Of a stretch of 64,000 nt of DNA, positions 61,025-64,000 are shown piece by piece (position 1 is the stretch's first letter; every line of letters starts with the position of its first letter). The stretch is from contig CAWCXJ010000006.1 in NCBI GenBank assembly GCA_963799485.1, forward strand, positions 128,001-192,000, given 5' to 3'. Both the position numbers and the translations under genes were made by a program. Under the pieces are notes generated by a model, which was given only the letters and a program-made list of their open reading frames with translations, did no database searches and was not told the DNA's origin. This DNA comes from an uncultured Trueperaceae bacterium. GTDB lineage: Bacteria; Deinococcota; Deinococci; Deinococcales; Trueperaceae.

Positions 61025-62020
61025 ATGGCTGTCATGGCTACTTTGCTTATCGGGCTCGGTCTGGGCCTCCTGATCCTCACCCTTTTCGATCTCATCAAGA
61101 CGACCCTGGTCTCGAGCCCTTACGGTGGGCCGCTGACGGCTCGGGTCGCGCAGGGTGTCTGGTCGGCGTTCGTGCGCCTTTCGGGTAACCGGCGCAACCC
61201 CTTTACCGGGCCTAGCGTTCTGCTCGCGATGCTGCTGACCTGGCTGCTCTTCTCGTGGACGGGCTGGACGCTGCTTTTTTCGGCTCTGCCGGACGCTGTT
61301 GTCGAGGCGCAAAGCGGGCGACTTGCAAACTTTCCCGAGCGCGTCTACTTCACCGGGTACAGCCTGTTTACCCTAGGTGTAGGCGATTACCGCCCGGTGG
61401 GAGCCGTATGGCAAGTGGCAACCGTGCTGTGCGCCGCACAGGGTTTCGTAGTCATCACCTTGTCGATCACCTACATCGTGCCTATCGTTTCAGCGGTAAC
61501 GCAAAAACGTCAGCTGGCGGTACTGATTTCGCAGCTCGGCACAAGTCCGGAGCTTATCGTGACAACCGCCTGGAACGGTCGGACTTTCGGTTGGCTCGAG
61601 TCGCAACTTGTCAACCTGTTGCCCCTACTCGCTGAGCTGCACCTCCAACACGACGCCTATCCGGTGCTGCACTACTTTAACGACGCCAAGCGTAAACAGG
61701 CCGTCGTAGCGGCCCTCGCTGCTTTAGACGACGCCCTGATGCTCCTTCAGCTCGCCGTTTATGAAGAGGCCCGACCCGACGCGAACGTACTCAGATCGGT
61801 GCGTCAGGCGGTCGGGGATTATCTGGCGACGCTTGCGGCCGTTCACGTCCGGGCGGCGCAGGCACCCCCGCCACTTCCCTCACTTGTACCGCTCCGCAGC
61901 GCCGGTATCCCGGTCGTTTCGGAAGCCGATTTCCTTCGCGCGGGTCTTGAAGAGCACCGGCGGCGACTCCTGCTGGCACTGCTGGAACGTGATGGTTGGT
62001 CGTGGTACGGCGGGGAATAG
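61025..62020 (+). CDS. Potassium-channel-family (ion channel) protein
   Basis: YFTGYSLFTLGVGD pore motif, YPVLHYF. Confidence 0.82.
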   Translation: MAVMATLLIGLGLGLLILTLFDLIKTTLVSSPYGGPLTARVAQGVWSAFVRLSGNRRNPFTGPSVLLAMLLTWLLFSWTGWTLLFSALPDAVVEAQSGRLANFPERVYFTGYSLFTLGVGDYRPVGAVWQVATVLCAAQGFVVITLSITYIVPIVSAVTQKRQLAVLISQLGTSPELIVTTAWNGRTFGWLESQLVNLLPLLAELHLQHDAYPVLHYFNDAKRKQAVVAALAALDDALMLLQLAVYEEARPDANVLRSVRQAVGDYLATLAAVHVRAAQAPPPLPSLVPLRSAGIPVVSEADFLRAGLEEHRRRLLLALLERDGWSWYGGE

Positions 62021-62312
62021 GCCGGGGAACATGTTTACTGTCCCGGCACGCTAGTCCAAGCTATGCACTTTAGTGCAAGACTTTAGTTGCTACTCACTTT
62101 TTGCCTTTGAAGCTAGACTTTCATCACCGACTCCGGGTCAATTCAGTAACGGCCGCATGAGCCGGGGCTTTAGTCCACCTTCAAACCTATGTACTCTAGT
62201 GGGTGTTTAGTTTTGGTTCGGGTAAGGATGTTCAAAGTATTCAGCAGTGTCAGCTTGTAAGATTGCTGTCAGAACCTTTAGCGTATTCTCCCTTAACCGA
62301 CGGGTTACCCCA

Positions 62313-62388
62313 CCCTCGGACGCGATGAAAGCTGTTCCTTATCTGGGCGCTTGGAACAGCCCGAGCAAGTAGCGCAACCGGCCGAGGA
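62313..62388 (+). promoter_or_regulatory. c-di-GMP-II riboswitch
   Basis: P1 CCTCGG/CCGAGG; TGAA/GAG kink-turn; stem GCTGTTCC/GGAACAGC; loop TGGGCGCTT pseudoknot with AGTAGCGCAACCGGC. Confidence 0.88.
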
Positions 62389-62477
62389 GAGTGCAGCGCA
62401 CTCCACCTCACCCTGCACGGCATACCGTGCAACCGGGCCCAAATAGGAGGCCCAATATCCCCTGGGGTGGAGGAACG

Positions 62478-64000
62478 ATGAAACTGTCCGCCAGAAGTTA
62501 TTTATTTGGTTCACTTGCACTGCTCGCCGCGTGTAGCAGTGGTTTGGAGCGCGAGCTGCCGACGTTAGAGACGTTGGCGACCCCCACGACGCTGCGCGTC
62601 TCCGTCAAGCAGGCTTCGGACGACGCTGAAGAGTTGAGCGGACGACCGGTGCAGCTGACCGGCCCACTCCTCGATTTACGGGCCAAAAACGGCGTTTTAC
62701 AGCTGACGGGTATGCGGTTTCAAAACCTCGAGGTACCTGCGGGCGCTAAAATTGAAAGTGCCTACCTCGTCTTCAAGGCGGGTCTGACAGACACCGAAGC
62801 GGTAGGACTACAAATCTACGGTCAAGCGAATGATAACGCCCCTACCTTTACCACGGCACTAAACAACCTGAGTAACCGGGCCAAGACCTCGGCTAGGTTG
62901 CTGTGGAGCCCCGGTAGCTGGACGGTAGGCAAGGTCTACCAAACGCTCAACCTGGCCCCGGTCGTGCAGGAGATCGTCGGTCGGAGCGGCTGGCAAAGCG
63001 GCAACGCACTGGCTCTTTTCGTAGCAGGAGCGAGCAGCGCAGGCGAACGTGCAGTGATGGGTTTCGGCAACCCTTACGGCCCTGCGCCGGAACTGGTCGT
63101 AACCTATAGCGAGGGTAGTGGGTCTACCTCGACCACTACGTCCCCGGCTGCCCCTACAGCTGCAGCGACGAGCGGTACCCTGACGCTTAAGGTTGCCGGA
63201 ACCAAAGACGACGCCGAAGACGCGGCGAGCATGTCTACGAACGGCAAATCCCTCGACTTCTCGCAGAACCAGCAGACGGTCGGTTTACGCTTTACCGATG
63301 TCGGGCTCCCCCAAGGTGCCAAGATTACAGGTGCCACCATCAGCTTTACTGCCATCGCTGCCGACTCAGCGCCGATAAACTTGCAAGTTCAGGCTGAAGC
63401 GTCCGACGACGCCGCCCCTTTTAGCGGCAGTTTCAAGGCTCGCGCCAAAACTTCGGCGTCGGCACTCTGGCAACCCAAGCCGTGGCGTAAAGGTCTCGCT
63501 ACGCGCACTTCGAACCTGAGCAGCGTCGTCCAGGAGGTCGTGTCGCGCAGCGGTTGGGAGAGCGGCAACACCCTGGCGTTTTATGTGACCGGCGACCGCA
63601 ACGTCAAGCGCTCCGCCTATTCAGTCGATGCCGGCGCTAAATACGCCGCCGTTTTACGCATCACCTACGAATCGCAGCAATCCACCCCGACCCCGACGCC
63701 AAGCCCTGAGCCCATACCCGCACCTACACCTACACCGACGCCTGAGCCGGAACCCACACCTACACCGACGCCTGAGCCGGAACCCACCCCCACGCCGGAA
63801 CCCGAAACCGTTTCTTCGTCGGCACCAGCTAACTCTTGCCTCGAGCGCAGCGACGCCCCCCTGCTTACCCTGTCTGGAGATTACACCACGCCCCTCACCG
63901 TTCGGAACAAGAGCGCCGGAATAAGGATCGACGCCCGCAACGCCCGGCTGCTTACCGGCGCGCCGGTAAACACGAACTCTAACGGCGGCCAGTTTTGTTT
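62478..64000 (+). CDS. Large secreted lipoprotein with two repeated beta domains and Pro/Thr/Glu linker (adhesin-like); 3'-truncated, missing from ORF track
   Basis: SD GGAGG, MKLSARSYLFGSLALLAAC lipobox; open to window end; domain DDAE..G.RF..P.GAKI..VVQE.V.RSGW.SGN twice. Confidence 0.88.
   Translation, partial: MKLSARSYLFGSLALLAACSSGLERELPTLETLATPTTLRVSVKQASDDAEELSGRPVQLTGPLLDLRAKNGVLQLTGMRFQNLEVPAGAKIESAYLVFKAGLTDTEAVGLQIYGQANDNAPTFTTALNNLSNRAKTSARLLWSPGSWTVGKVYQTLNLAPVVQEIVGRSGWQSGNALALFVAGASSAGERAVMGFGNPYGPAPELVVTYSEGSGSTSTTTSPAAPTAAATSGTLTLKVAGTKDDAEDAASMSTNGKSLDFSQNQQTVGLRFTDVGLPQGAKITGATISFTAIAADSAPINLQVQAEASDDAAPFSGSFKARAKTSASALWQPKPWRKGLATRTSNLSSVVQEVVSRSGWESGNTLAFYVTGDRNVKRSAYSVDAGAKYAAVLRITYESQQSTPTPTPSPEPIPAPTPTPTPEPEPTPTPTPEPEPTPTPEPETVSSSAPANSCLERSDAPLLTLSGDYTTPLTVRNKSAGIRIDARNARLLTGAPVNTNSNGGQFC
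63685..63805 (+). repeat. Pro/Thr/Glu coding repeat (30-nt unit x2 plus degenerate copies)
   Basis: ACACCTACACCGACGCCTGAGCCGGAACCC repeated. Confidence 0.85.

Noticed and set aside
62117..62180. Second riboswitch upstream of the c-di-GMP-II aptamer
   Set aside because: Some pairing (CTCCGG/CCGGGG) but no recognisable consensus

Overview
GC-rich bacterial chromosomal window. Gene content, protein style and widespread leaderless genes suggest Deinococcota, probably Trueperaceae-like (inference). It is mostly housekeeping and metabolic: ftsE, SAM-I riboswitch-metY-metX, zwf/GH15, recQ, a LacI-controlled Frc-like sugar ABC operon, smc-birA, carA, recN, a B12 acyl-CoA mutase pair, MarR-DoxX-VOC, gatA and ridA. 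It also holds a decayed IS, a rearranged sulfatase locus and several gene remnants. Points the ORF track does not show: (1) a c-di-GMP-II riboswitch with an anti-SD platform before a large, uncalled lipoprotein/adhesin-like gene, about 6 kb from an intact GAF-PAS-GAF-GGDEF-EAL gene and a reduced eboC-eboF pair; (2) a SAM-I riboswitch whose SD-sequestering platform precedes a 23-codon KRP-repeat uORF rather than metY; (3) strong over-representation of the palindrome CTCGAG; (4) a 41-nt Y-shaped insert splitting a transposase; (5) two unannotated small genes, one with a C-H-CxxC motif; (6) isobutyryl-CoA-mutase-type residues in the mutase; (7) many short tandem duplications. Single-base frameshifts in recQ and ridA may be assembly errors. 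No rRNA, tRNA, CRISPR array or prophage was seen. All calls come from reading the sequence by eye; no database searches were run.
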